NCBI RefSeq assembly: GCF_009914755.1
Contig: NC_060925.1
DNA length: 64,000 nucleotides
From: the human T2T-CHM13v2.0 reference genome, Homo sapiens
Reading direction: 5' to 3' (one strand)
Shown here: piece after piece, positions 12,758 to 25,070 of the stretch
Layout of the letters: every line of letters starts with the position of its first letter
How positions within the stretch are numbered: position 1 is the stretch's first letter
Translations under genes and position numbers: made by a program
The notes under the pieces: model-generated
Database searches by the model: none
What the model was told of the DNA's origin: nothing
The model's input: the letters and a program-made list of their open reading frames with translations, nothing else

Positions 12758-12895
12758 CTGTGATTGCAATTAGAAACATAAATACTCTTTCATGTTTTCC
12801 TGTGTGTATTTTATGCCACTGAATTGACTAGTTAATCAAAAGGTAGGAATGATGGAAGAAAGTGAAAATAGAATCTTTTTTTCTCCTCATTGCCT
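12758..12895 (+). repeat. 138-bp unique-sequence direct repeat, copy 2
   Basis: Two mismatches versus 11657-11794. Confidence 0.95.
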
Positions 12896-13429
12896 GGCAT
12901 GGAGTACCATGCCAGGGCATGGCAGCATGGGAAGAGCCAGCCCCTCGCCCCTGGCCCATCCCACCTTCTCTCTTGGACTCACAGGGGTAGACACTCCAGC
13001 TTGCATGTCAAGTGCCATCCATACCTCCTGCAAACATCTGCCCCTTTGCCTACTCTCAGGCCTAAGGGTGAACACCAATAGCATGATTCGCCCTCTGGAA
13101 GACAGATCTCGAGAAGAGATTTGCCCACGTTCCCGAAGTAGTCTCAGGGCTATTTGGACAGGAAATTCTGGGGAATGCATGGGCCTCTGCAGAGTATGTT
13201 GCTGTGGCCCCACTGATTCTTCACCTAGTGGAGGGAGGCACAGCCAGAGGAAGGCCTGAAGGGGGCCTGTAGAATGCTGAGCCATGGCCAGAGTCCCTCT
13301 TGTCCAGGTCTAAGAGTGATACTCCTCCTCTCCAGCCCCACCATGGCCCAGACTCTCTTTACAAGATTCTGAAATAGATCCCAACATGTCTCCTTGCCTA
13401 TGGTCCATCAACCTTTTCATTCATCACAT

Positions 13430-14020
13430 TTCTGTCAGCGTGTTTTTTCTAGAGTACAAATCTGAAACAAAACATCCAGCTTAAACCCCTTGGTGGCTCC
13501 CAGAAGCCTTCAGGATAAGGTACAGACTCTATAAATAAGCCTAAAAAGGCCCTCTTGACTGGCTCCTGTGGTTCCTGCCTCATTTCCAGGCACATGGAAT
13601 GACTATAATTCATTCATATATATTCAGTCACACGTGGTAGACCCTCAACAGTAAACGACTGTATCATGCTATCTCTTGTCTCCATACCTACCCTGCTCCC
13701 TCACCCTTGAGAGTAAACTCAGATAACCTCTAGACTCAAACACCCTTCCCTCTAGAAAACCTGGCGGAACCCATCTCCTTTACCTGAGTTAGGTGCTTTG
13801 CTCTGTACTTTCATAATACTCTTTTCTCTATTGTATTGTTCATTTACTTATTTTGTTCATTCACTGAATGATGAGCTCTTTGAGGGTAGTGACTATCTAA
13901 TTTATCTTTGTATCCTTCGTATGCTGCCAGAGACATAATCACCATTCAATGAATGAATGAATGAATGAATGGGTGGGGACGTGGGTAGATGGACAGATGG
14001 ATGGATGGATGGATGGATGA
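13430..14020 (+). mobile_element. L2 3' fragment ending in (GAAT)n, followed by (GGAT)n
   Basis: L2-type tgagctctttgagggtagtgactat...gaatgaatgaatg tail. Confidence 0.6.
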
Positions 14021-14382
14021 AATCTCTCTACATCTATCTTTCATTGTCTGGTTCTTCTGAAACACAGAACCTTTGTCTAATTACCCCTCTCCCTCAAGGC
14101 ATTCAAGTGTCCTGACTATGAGGCTTAAATCAGTGGCAGGTTGAAGGGACTCAAAGAATTTTCAACAAAACTCAAGGACTACAACAGGGGCCTGTGTTTT
14201 CAGGTTAGACAGATTTTTCCATTTTTGCTCTCTTTTCACTTGCTATAACAAGCTTTTGAACAACAACAGATGTCATTTTTCATGTGTCTTCCACTTTCTT
14301 ATTTTAACTCTCAACTCTTTCTCAGAGCTGACAGAAGACACACGTTCTCCCAGTCCTCAGAATGGCAACTGACAGAACTTAC

Positions 14383-14506
14383 CGCAGGAACTCGGCTCAG
14401 GGAGAGCACCTGGATATCACAGAGGGTCTTCTGCACAGAGGTCAAGTATTCACCTTTGTCATAGGGCCCAGCAGATTTCTCCATGACAAGGTCCCGAATG
14501 GTGTCC
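14383..14506 (-). pseudogene. UOX: UOX exon 6
   Basis: [41 protein letters not shown]; ttttag| and |gtaagt borders. Confidence 0.96.
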
Positions 14507-14674
14507 CTAAAACACAAAGAAGGTCACTGAGGATACTGAAAGGAATTTTAGTAATGTGTTAGGAAGCTAAGAAGCAGTGACCTGTCTGTCCCCCAGAAAA
14601 CAATGTTATTGATGTTTTTAGAAGATATTAGTATCTTGCAATGCCAAAAACAAAACACCTCACTTCCCATTCCC

Positions 14675-14676
<2 letters not shown>

Positions 14677-14720
<44 letters not shown>
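14677..14720. repeat. (CA)n microsatellite
   Basis: About 20 CA units. Confidence 0.95.
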
Positions 14721-15460
14721 CATTCAACAAACATATTGAGCATCACTAGACTGTCTTCATAGTTTGGCACCAGGGCCCAGTGGGCATTTTAGGGTAAATT
14801 TCCCGTCATGTTTGAAGAACCTAAGAAGAAGACTCCCAAGTATTCTCACCATCTTGCTGCTCTGCTTGGCTGGCTCATTGAATTGTTACATTTGGGGGTT
14901 TGCTCTGTGCCAGACTCTGTGTTTTTTAGGTTAGACAGATTTTTCTGTGCTAAGCATTTTATGTGATGATGTCATTGAATTCTCTCAATATAGCTGAAGT
15001 AGGTACTATTATTATCCCCAATTAGAGAAGAAGAACCTGAGCTTAAAAGTTACATGATATGCTCTAAGTCCCTCTCTTTAGAAGGAGGCCCAGCCTACAG
15101 TACTATCCTGCCTCTGGCATGTTCAATTTCAAGCTCTTTTCAACATAAATACATCAGGCTGCTGCCCATGGAGAGCACTTGAAATAAAAGGGAAAGAAGA
15201 CTGAGGTAACGTTCTCATCATGCATTTAAAAACCTATCACATAATAAAAGAAGCAGAGAAAAACTACACTAGTGGGAGGGACAGCTGTGGGAGTGGGTGG
15301 TGGGGGAAGGGTATGCATGCAGATTCTAGCTTATGGTAGGGTAGAAATTTCTAAAAGAGCTTTAGCAAAGGAATGAGATACCTAATCAAAAAGCAAGTTC
15401 TGAAAGTTCAGAGGCCTAATTACTCCCTGTCAGGATATAACAATAATCATACCTTTATAT

Positions 15461-15941
15461 TGTGAGTTGTCAGAATCAAAATGGAGTCACTTGTGTCAGA
15501 TGCTAATGAAATAAATAAATAAAGCCAGGAAGCTGAGGGAGGGCCCTCAGGCACAGATGCCTGTAAGAACTATTGCAAAGACTCTCTGAAGGGCTCTTAT
15601 GTACATATGCCTGTAACAACAATTTTGCAAAGGACTTTTCAAACAGTGGCTCGTGACGTGAGTCACAAGGACAGCTAGCCAGATGTACAAGAACATTTGC
15701 CTGCCACAGTCTTCACTAATGAGCTGGCGTCAATTCCTGCGATAGCCACTATAACCAGTGTTCTCTTTGTCTGAAAACAAATTACATACACTTTTTCCTT
15801 TTGCTTTTAAAAGCTTCCCCTTGCTTCAACCTCTTAGGATATGCCTATGGTTCCTGCAGCCCACAAATTTGCAGATTCCCTGTGTTTTCCTAAATAAATT
15901 CATTATCTTTGTAGAATCTCTCTCTGTTATTTCAGTTAACA
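15461..15941 (+). mobile_element. ERV1-class solo LTR (MER67-like)
   Basis: TG...CA ends, internal AATAAA, 4-bp TSD atat on both sides. Confidence 0.75.
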
Positions 15942-16007
15942 ATATTTTTAAGGCATTTATAACTTATAAAATGCTTTTGTGAACATCATATCATTTTGAG
16001 TTTAGCC

Positions 16008-16120
16008 TAGATTGACCAATTATCCCAGTTTGCCTGGAACCAAGAGGTTTCCTGAGACATGGGACTTTCAGTGTTAAAACCAGGAAGTCCGTGACAAACT
16101 ACAACAAGTTGGTCACCCTC
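16008..16120. mobile_element. MER81 (hAT-Blackjack MITE)
   Basis: tgaccaa...cccagtttgcc...gggactttcagtg...gttggtcaccct. Confidence 0.75.
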
Positions 16121-16180
16121 GTTTAGCCCTCTCTGCATCACTATGAGGTAGTAAGGCCAGATATTCTCTTCATTTGATGC

Positions 16181-16365
16181 CGTGTTTCTTCAACTGTGGT
16201 CCCTGGTCCAGTGGCATCATCTGCATCCCCTGGGAGTTTGCAAGAAATGCATGTTCTTGGGCCCCACCTCAGTCCTACAGAATCAGAATCTCTGGGGATG
16301 GGCCCAGCAAGCTTCATTTTCTGGTTCTGTGTGATTCTGATGCACATGCATGTTTGAGAACCACC
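16181..16365. mobile_element. MER5A (hAT-Charlie)
   Basis: gaatcagaatctctggggatgggcccagcaa...tttgagaaccac. Confidence 0.8.
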
Positions 16366-16510
16366 AATTTAATAAATTGAATAAACAGAAGGGATTTCTG
16401 AATAGTGGGAAGTTGAGTTGAATGGCCTCTAAGTTTCTCTTTTACATCTAAGATTCTATGAAGTCTGGGCCCCTGGGACAAGAGTAGACACTACATGCAC
16501 GTGTTCATAC

Positions 16511-16697
16511 CAGGTAGCCTTGAAGTCCACATCCCTGCACTGGTGGTAGCGCCACTTGCAGTACACTTGGGTGGCAAAGCATCAGTCCTTCACCTCAGGG
16601 AGGGTAGTGAACTGGTCCTTGATGAAACCTTCAAATCCAGACTGTGTTGTTTTCAAGACCTTGAGGTCTTTGATTCCAGAATGAATGACTTGGGGTC
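16511..16697 (-). pseudogene. UOX: UOX exon 5 with nonsense codon 187
   Basis: [62 protein letters not shown]; TGA at 16584-16582; AG/GT borders. Confidence 0.97.
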
Positions 16698-19219
16698 CTG
16701 TTTCAAGTAGAAAGTCAAGAGTGGCTGAGGTCATAAACAGTGTCTTGTTGCTGATACCTAGCACAGAGGATCCTGGTCATTAAAACATGACACATTCTGT
16801 ACAAAAACTACATCACCGCCCGTGTTTTCTGTCATCCTATTTCCTCTGAAGTCCAAGTGAAGAGGATGGTGTGCCTTTGCTTCCATCTGGATTCCATGAC
16901 TCCCTGCCCTGTCTTGCCCTCGAAAATCTGAAGGTCTAAGAATAACCTCCATTCCGTATTGAAGGCCACAGAAATGAATACATTCCTCTCAACTACAAGC
17001 GGGAGTGTCTTCTTGGCCAACTCACCTTATGTATTTTGAGCTCCATCTCCTCCAACAGGTGATCATGCTGAAATGTGTTAATACGGCCCTTAAGAGCCAT
17101 TCCTCTACCTGCTACTGTGACCCCTTTACTGGGGGTAGTCCTCATGCTGATCATCTACAGTAGCTGATGATCCCAATCTCCAGTAAGCCCTGATGGCATC
17201 CCAGCATCCCAGTTCCCTTACGGTTATCAGCTCAGCAAAACCAGGCAACTTCATAAATGGGTAGCAGCGTGGGCCTGGCTGAGCCTAAATAAGACAGGGA
17301 AGATGGAGTTGGTGACTCACAAGGGATAGATCTGCCTAAGTTGATATCTATAAAGGCTTTTGTTTTTTCTGCTGAAGGAGAAGGGACGAACTTGGTTCAT
17401 GGGTACCTGGGGGGAGAGAAGGGAGAGTTGAAAACAATGGAGGGAATGATATGGCTCTCCTTCTGTCTCTGCTGTGCTTTCATAAGGTAATGGGGCAGGT
17501 GGAAGGGTGACAGGCATCATCTAAAAAAGAACAATATTAACATCACTATGACTTTATTTGTCTGCACAGGCTGGCAAGGATTGGGGACATTCCGGGAGCA
17601 CTTGGCAAACCCTAATAGCAAAGTGCCATGGCACGATTATTAAGATCACCTCTTTTCAGTCTCTTTGTTAGTTCCAACCAATATCTATGCTTCTTGGACT
17701 GTTCAGTCTAAAAATCAAGGGCCAGAGATGTCAGGTATCACCACACACATGGTCTTAGTTGAAGAACAAGAATATAACTCATGATCCTCAATTAAAATCC
17801 AAGGAAGCTCTTAAAAATCCAATGGTTTACATCACCTATGTGGTTTCTATTGCTACAGTTAACTCAGGAGCTGTGGAGTTTCAAAAGTAGGTAAATAAAG
17901 TCTGTATTTCTGTTTTTCCATGCTTCAGTATACTCCTATCAGAGAGAACAATAGCCAGTGGTTAGTGGTAGATCTGCTGATTGAATATGTCCTGATTAAA
18001 GAAGATATTCTGTGCAGAGTGTCCCAGGATAATGCAGTGAAACTGGAAATGATCCTTGTTTAACTTTCCGAAGTACTTACTGGAAGCTACATCTGAAGAA
18101 GGAGCAAGAGAAAGATACCAACAATGCCTTAAAGCCTTCAGCTGGCTGGGTTTATCAGATTCTAAATGTATGAAGTCATGATCTCACAAAATCAGCATTG
18201 CTACATGCAGTGAGTGGAAGCCTCAAACCCAGCAGAACTACAGAAACAATCAATAAGTATCTGTTGAATGAATGAATGAATGAGTTTAGCAAGATTGATT
18301 CATGTCAAGGAATAAGCATTGCACAATTTAGTATCTTTCTTTTCTAGACAGTTCAGCCCCATCAGTCTTTACCATTTCCCTTTCTGGTCCCCTCCAACTC
18401 ACACATAGTGTGGCAGGGGGTGAAAGGAAGGGTGTTAACCTTGGCTAAGAACCTCCTCTCTGTAGACATGACTTTGGTTGCTGCAGTTTTCAGTCTTTAT
18501 CTTACTTAGTTCTCAACACTCTATAAAGCAGTTATTTTAATGTAGGTGACTTTTAATCATTTGCCCATAGTCACATGGCTAGAAACTGTCACAGGTGGAA
18601 TTTAAACTCAGCACCACATTATGAGATCCCATGCTTTTCTTCCTGCTTTTTGGATCACTTCCCATCTATGCAATGGTTCCTCCTTCCTTTGACCCTTTCC
18701 CCATTTGTGTTCTATACGTGGCCTTTCCAGGAGACAAGGTTGCCACCTTCTATTCACAGCGTGCTTTAAGGACCTCAGATAGAGCCCCCTGCCTGAAAAA
18801 TACCATCTCCATTGGTCAGAAACAGAGATTGAATAATCATTTTTAGAGTTGGCTCCTATGTATCTAAAAACCTTTGTATTCATTAAACATTTCCTATTGA
18901 AATGCAAATAAATATCCCTTAAAGAAGTGACTCCTTAAGCCTTTGTAAGGTACTATGATAATCTACTTCCCATGGTAAGCCTTTCTAGAAAACAAAATCC
19001 TATAGAAATGAAACATGGGTTTGCAATCAGGAGTGGGGTTAAAATGAGTAGCAGAAACCCTTGCAGGAGAATGAAAAGAAGGTGAAAAAGAACCAAAGAC
19101 AAACTTTATCTACATTGTTTTCTTCCTATTCATCTGGCCTTGACTGCTGGCATCCATGTAAGCCAGTCAAACTTTGGCTCCTCCAAAGGTGTTAACCATA
19201 AAAGGATTCCTGGATGCAA

Positions 19220-19480
19220 TGTTGCATAGTGGTTGAATCTACAGCTTTGAGACTCAGATTCCTAGAACTCAAATCCCAGTGCTCTCCCTGCATCCTCAAC
19301 CCCCATTTTTATGAGCTCTATGCTCCTGAGGGAATTATTTAACCCCTCTCTACCTTGATTTTGTCATCTGTAAAATGGAGACGATAATCATACATATTTC
19401 CTAGAGTTGCCACATGTCTAAGAGGATGCACATAAAAAACTTAGTAGAATTGCTGACCTACGAAAGTGCTCTACAAATGT
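19220..19480 (+). mobile_element. MIR SINE
   Basis: catagtggtt...tcaaatccca...catctgtaaaatggag. Confidence 0.65.
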
Positions 19481-22450
19481 GATGATGATGATTTTGCCAT
19501 AATTGACTTTTTCCCAATGACTTCAACAACTTATAAATATTTCCCATGTTTCACAAAGTCTTACTGGGTTCTGAAAACTACTTCTAATGTGCCGTCCTAT
19601 CCATCTCCAGCCCTGGGATAAGATTTATTGACCTTAAGCGAATGTCAGTCCTACTAGGCCACTTTGAAATGATCTGCTTTCTCACTGGAATCTAAAAACG
19701 GAGACAGCAGTTGTATTTTTAAAATGTGTCTTGGCATCAGTTTCACACAGAATAAAATGTCTCATGTTCCCCAAGACAATTAACTATTGCCACAGTTTTG
19801 GCAGAACACACACCATCTACGCTGGTGCTCTCATCATTCTATTAAAAACAACAACAACAACAACAAAAACTATTCTCTGAATGTTAAAAGAATTTTTCCC
19901 TGGCACACATTAGACATGCTGGATGAAATCAGAGAGCTTATTTTATCTTCTCTGTTGGCGGTGCCCCAGCTTTCTGAACATTGGTAAGAACCTGAGGCTT
20001 TCAAAATCATGGGCCCATCAACTAAAAATATGATGCCTAACACACTCTAAAAAAGATTCCCATTTAGACCAACAAGAAGTAATTCAAAAACTGTCCTTTT
20101 CTAGGTTACACCCCATGAAATCACTTAATCAGCTTTGTTTTGTTTTGTTTTTCTGCCTTGGTTATGGAGTAATGCAAAAGAAAGATTTTTCACATTTCAC
20201 TTTGCTAGAACATAATCTTTTCCAGCTTTTAGTGTCCTCCTACACACTTAGCAGATTGTGGCTTATCTCTCAGAGAATCATACATCCTACCCTTTAGCTA
20301 TCTAAGGGAAAGAAACTCACTGCGAATTAATAGAAAATAAGCCCAATTCCTTACCTACGCATCAGGTGTCACAAAGCACAAAGCTTTATTGAGCCAAGAA
20401 AAAGATCTTGTCATAAGAGGATAATTGCTTCCACATTTAACACCTCCAAAAAGGACACAAATAGCTGAAAGGCAGATATTTTAAAACCATATTAAATCAT
20501 TCTAGTAGAAAATCTCAAACTTGTAAAGTGCCAGAAAAAGTAAAGATCAATTAAATATTTGCCTTGGAGAGTCCATTTAGCTCATGCAGGAAGAGCGAAA
20601 GCTCCCTCTGCGCAACTGTGGATGGAAAGAGATGACATCATCCAGATGGTAGGAAATTAACTGGGCTTTTGTACAACCAGGTGATGACCAAGAACATTTT
20701 AAAAGACCACGAATCTGCCAAGAACTTTTCTTACAGAGGAACCGAAGAGCACTTTAGTCTTGATATCAAAACGACATAAACAGACTTCTTGGCAGTAGCC
20801 ATCTCTGTCCTGGATCTCCCACTTCTCCCATTTCACTTCTTCCATCTGCCCATCTTGTCACCTCTTAAATCTGTTCTCCTCCAGGTCGGATTTCATCAGT
20901 TGCCTTCCTTACAACCATCCCCCTACCCTCACTACCCTTCATGTCAATAGAAATATAGGAAGTATTTTTCACTATCAGAAGACACAATCTAGTATTTGAG
21001 GCCTCTTCTCCATCTTCCATTCCTCTATTTAGCTATGCTTTAGCTGAATTTCATAATTAGTGTCAAATGGGAGAAATTTGATGCTGAAGAAATTGTGAGT
21101 TATAATTCAAATAGTGCAGAGGTTTGGGGGTCAGTTTAGTTCAAATTAGTGACTCAATCATACCAATGACTTACAGCTCCGTTAAGCTTGTAGTTTCTCA
21201 CTGATACTTGATAGAAAGAGTTCTGAAGATTCAATGCCATATGATACCTAAACCAACAGCCTGCTTCATACACATAGGGCCTAGTTCTCCTCTCAGGGCT
21301 TGAGAAGTCACAAACATAAAACCAGCCCTCATTCCTTTGGGCAAACAAATTTCTTTCTCTCTTCCAGATTCTCCTGTGGAATCAGTAGGCTTTGAAACAA
21401 CTAAAATACAGCCTAGTGATGTAGCTGTAAAAGATCCACTAGGAAGAAACAGTGTAATGGGAGTTTTAGAGCAATTCCCAGGGGTTAAAGTGGTGCTTGA
21501 GGTTCAGCAGCATTTCTAGAAATGTTTGTTCATTTGCTAAGTAAGAATGAATATAGTCCATCGGGAGAAACTCAGTCACACCTCCTCCTGGGAAGAGTCC
21601 TTTTGGGAGTGGCGTGACTGAACGTGTGAATAAGCACATGTGTTTGAGGGGGCAAAAGTCTTACCATTCTAGCCGGTCCCCCACCAAAGGCACTACTCAG
21701 GTGTTTGTAACAATAGCCTTCCCCATGTGAATTTGTGAGTGGTGTGTGTATAATATAATTACTATTTTCTTTAGTTAAGCCTTTACAAGGGCATTTCTTA
21801 TGACAATGATTGTAACATTCTCTCACATTACGATTCCTACAGTTTCAGCTCTTGGATAATAAGCAAATAAAGAATTAAACTTTGCTACCAAAAGAGCATA
21901 CATCCCTACTCTCCAAAGAGGGACAGAGTAGAAATGTCATCTTCATATACACAACACTGAAAGATACACACACCCATAAACATGTGCACACACATACCTG
22001 TATACACTTAAGGCAACAGATATCTCTTCTGCTACCCCAATCCCTGCCAGCCCTGCATGAAATCAGAGGGGGAGTTGGGGGCTGGACTCTAGATGAGTCA
22101 AGCTGGAGCTTCTGGGAACACTGCCACAATGATCTCAATACCCTGAAGCTTTGCAGCTTTCTGCAGAAAGAAAAAGTTTTAACCTGATTATGGTGGCTAG
22201 TTTTTCCACTCAGCTGCAGCCAGGTGATTAGAATTCAAGCTGATAGCAACCCTTGGTCATTCCTGGAAAGAACAGGATATAAAGAGAAGTCCGTTTTCTT
22301 TTCATGATCAGCACAGCCCTATACTTGGCCACTTGACTTCCACCTCCCTGGCTCTGCTAAAAGTATTCTGGGAAGTCACCAATGATGCCTATTTACTGAC
22401 TACATAGTTTCTCATCAGTCCTCTCGGAACCCCAACTTCTTAACTCTCCT

Positions 22451-22850
22451 ATGGCAGAGGCTAAATCTACTTGCTCTTCCTCCTGGCACTCAGCTAGATG
22501 ACATTTCACAGTGTCCCTTGCAGTGAGGTGTGACTATGTGACTGAGCTCTCTCCAGAAGAAATGATCCATGCTGTTTCCAGGCCGGGAGCTTACGCTTCA
22601 AGGACTTTGCCCCTCTAAGCTCTTTCTTTGGTTGTCTGGTATGAGGGTCTACTTTCAAGGTGACACCAAAAAGTAAGGATTACAAATATAAAGTTGCCAT
22701 CAACCTGGGTTCCTGAAGAACTTCATGGAGCACAGCATCCCCCTGACCCCCCTAGCCCCCCACACAGACACTGAACTGGACTTCTGCAAAAAGAAGTAAA
22801 CTTCTAGTGCTGAGCCACTGCACATGGGCCTATTTTTTATGCATCTTTGT
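22451..22850 (+). mobile_element. MaLR LTR (MLT1I/J-like)
   Basis: tggcagaggc...cccttgcagtgaggtgtgactatgtgactgag. Confidence 0.6.
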
Positions 22851-22869
22851 TCCCCAGTAATTCAGAAAT

Positions 22870-23500
22870 CCCTAATTTCTTGAAATGTCTTTTTCTTCTG
22901 CTTCCATGACACTATCATCCCTCGTCTTCCTTCTATCTCTCTAAACATTCTTCTGTCTCAGTTTTTAAACTGCCCAACCCTTACAGTGGGGAATTTTTCC
23001 CAGGCCATCTCCTCTTTCAAACTCTTCTCACTTTGTGTGTTTTTCTGGAATGGTCCTTCTTCCCTGTGGCTTTACCTAACACCAATCTGCTGTAGCTTCA
23101 CCTACCACCAATCTGCTGATGGGCCCCAAATCTATCTCCATCACATAGTCCCACATTCACCAGCTTCCCACCTGAAAACTTCCCCTTGTGTGTAATCTCC
23201 TTAGTCAGTTGCCCAGTCCTCCCAGATTAGGGTCAATTTTAACTCCTCTTTCTCTCCAATCTTCCATCTCTAATCAACCACTAAGACCTATTGATTACAC
23301 TTCAAAAATGTCTCACATAATGCTTCCCACAACCTCTCAGTCTCTCCAGCTCTATTTCTACTGCTTTAGTTTAGACCCCATCACTTCATCTTTGCAAGTC
23401 TCCAAATGTCTCACTACTGCCTGTTTCTTTAATCTGTCACCATACCTTGTTCAGAGTTTCTGAACAAAAACATGCACATAGTAATCTGACCATTAGAGGC
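22870..23500 (+). mobile_element. L2 fragment(s)
   Basis: Pyrimidine-rich L2-like sequence (gctgatgggccccaaatctatctcc). Confidence 0.5.
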
Positions 23501-24524
23501 TTTCTCTGGTTCTCTGTTGTCATTCTAAACAATAACTATAGCTATTAGTTAAGGAGAGCTTAGTGTGCCAAGTACTATGCTAAGTACTATGCTAAATGCC
23601 TTAATAAAATAAATTAGCATTTATCTCCTTTGTTTCTCTGGATAGTTGTTGAAGTGGGCACTGGTATCCTTGTTTTACAAATTAAAACCCACCAGTGTAG
23701 TATAAGTAACCTTGCTCTTAATCACAAAGTTATTAAGTAGTGGAGCTCAAATTCAAATGATTCATTCTGACCTCAAGGCCTCTTGCTTAACCACTGTGCA
23801 AAACTGCCTTCATCTTATACTAAACTTGTGTATAACACATGAGGCCCTTCAGATTCCAGCCCAAACCACCAACTTATTTATCTTCATCTCCCTTCTTACA
23901 TTCTAGAAATCAGACCCACTGAATTTGTTACTGTCCCCCAAATGCTTTGCCCTTTCCACAGTTAAATAAATTACTTCCCCGGCATAGTCTTCAGCATGAA
24001 GCAAGTGCTCAAAATATTTTACTTCCCCTCTTTCACTCCTCATGGACTGTACTCATATGTATCCTGTTTCTTCTGCGTGTAATTCCCTTTCCTCCTTTAA
24101 TGCGCAGCATATTCTGAATCATTTTTCAAAAGTCAAATGGAATATTTTTTCCTTCTTTGTCAAGCCTTCCAGACAGACTGCTCTGGAAAGAGTTTCTTCA
24201 CTTCTCAGTTCCCATAGCATGCCTTTTATCCCTTCATCATAGTCTCTAGCCTCTCATACTGCAGTCAATCTGTCTCACTAGGGTCAGGGAGCATCTTATT
24301 CCCCTCTTTACCTACAGCCCTTTGCATACATAATAGGGCCTCGAAATCTAGTTGTTGAATGAATAGTATATGAATGAATGACATAAGCACTTTTCATAAA
24401 TGCTCTCATTGTTAATTAGCTCTCTTGAGGCCTAATCCTAGCTGCTGTTGTTATTTTACATTATTGAAAAATGTAAAAAATGTAAAAAAGCATCCCAAAC
24501 GTCACTGAAAAGCAGTTTTAAGTT

Positions 24525-24832
24525 ATGCTGATCTATACAGTAGCCACTAAGCCACATGTGGCTATTAAGCACTTGAATTATGGCTAGCATAACTTGAGAT
24601 AAGCTACACATATAAAATACAGAATTTTAAAGACAATTTTGTAAAAAGAATGTAAAATACTTCATTAGTAATTTTTATACTTATTACATACTGAAATATT
24701 TTTGATGTTATTTAAATAAAATATATTATTAAAATTAATTTCCCTAATTTCTTTTTGCTTTTCTAATGTGGTTATGAAAAAAATTTTAAATTATATATAT
24801 GGCTTGCATCATATTTCAGTTGGGCAGAGCTG
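24525..24832. mobile_element. MER33 (hAT-Charlie)
   Basis: gtagccactaagccacatgtggctatt...aaatatattattaaaattaatttc. Confidence 0.75.
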
Positions 24833-24934
24833 ATTTCGAGTTTCTAGTTTTATGAGGGTAGTTAATGAGGCTTGGGTAGGATAACATTGAGTCAGGAAAC
24901 TTTTCTTTCTCCTCCAAAGCCACATATCTAAGAC

Positions 24935-25070
24935 AAGAAGGAAGGAAGAAAGAAAAGAAGGAAGAAGGGAGGGAGGGAGGAAGAGAAAGGAGAGGGAAAG
25001 AAGGAAGGAACCAGAGAGACAGAAAGGAAGGAAGGAAGGGCTAAGGAAAGGAGGGAAGGAAAGAAAGAAG
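24935..25070. repeat. Purine-rich (GGAA/GGGA) low-complexity tract
   Basis: Near-pure A/G run; a second tract lies at 25405-25490. Confidence 0.9.

Noticed and set aside
12849-13285. Overlapping 136-aa and 132-aa ORFs on opposite strands
   Set aside because: The + ORF starts in the duplicated 138-bp segment and runs through a GC-rich old repeat; I recognise no homology
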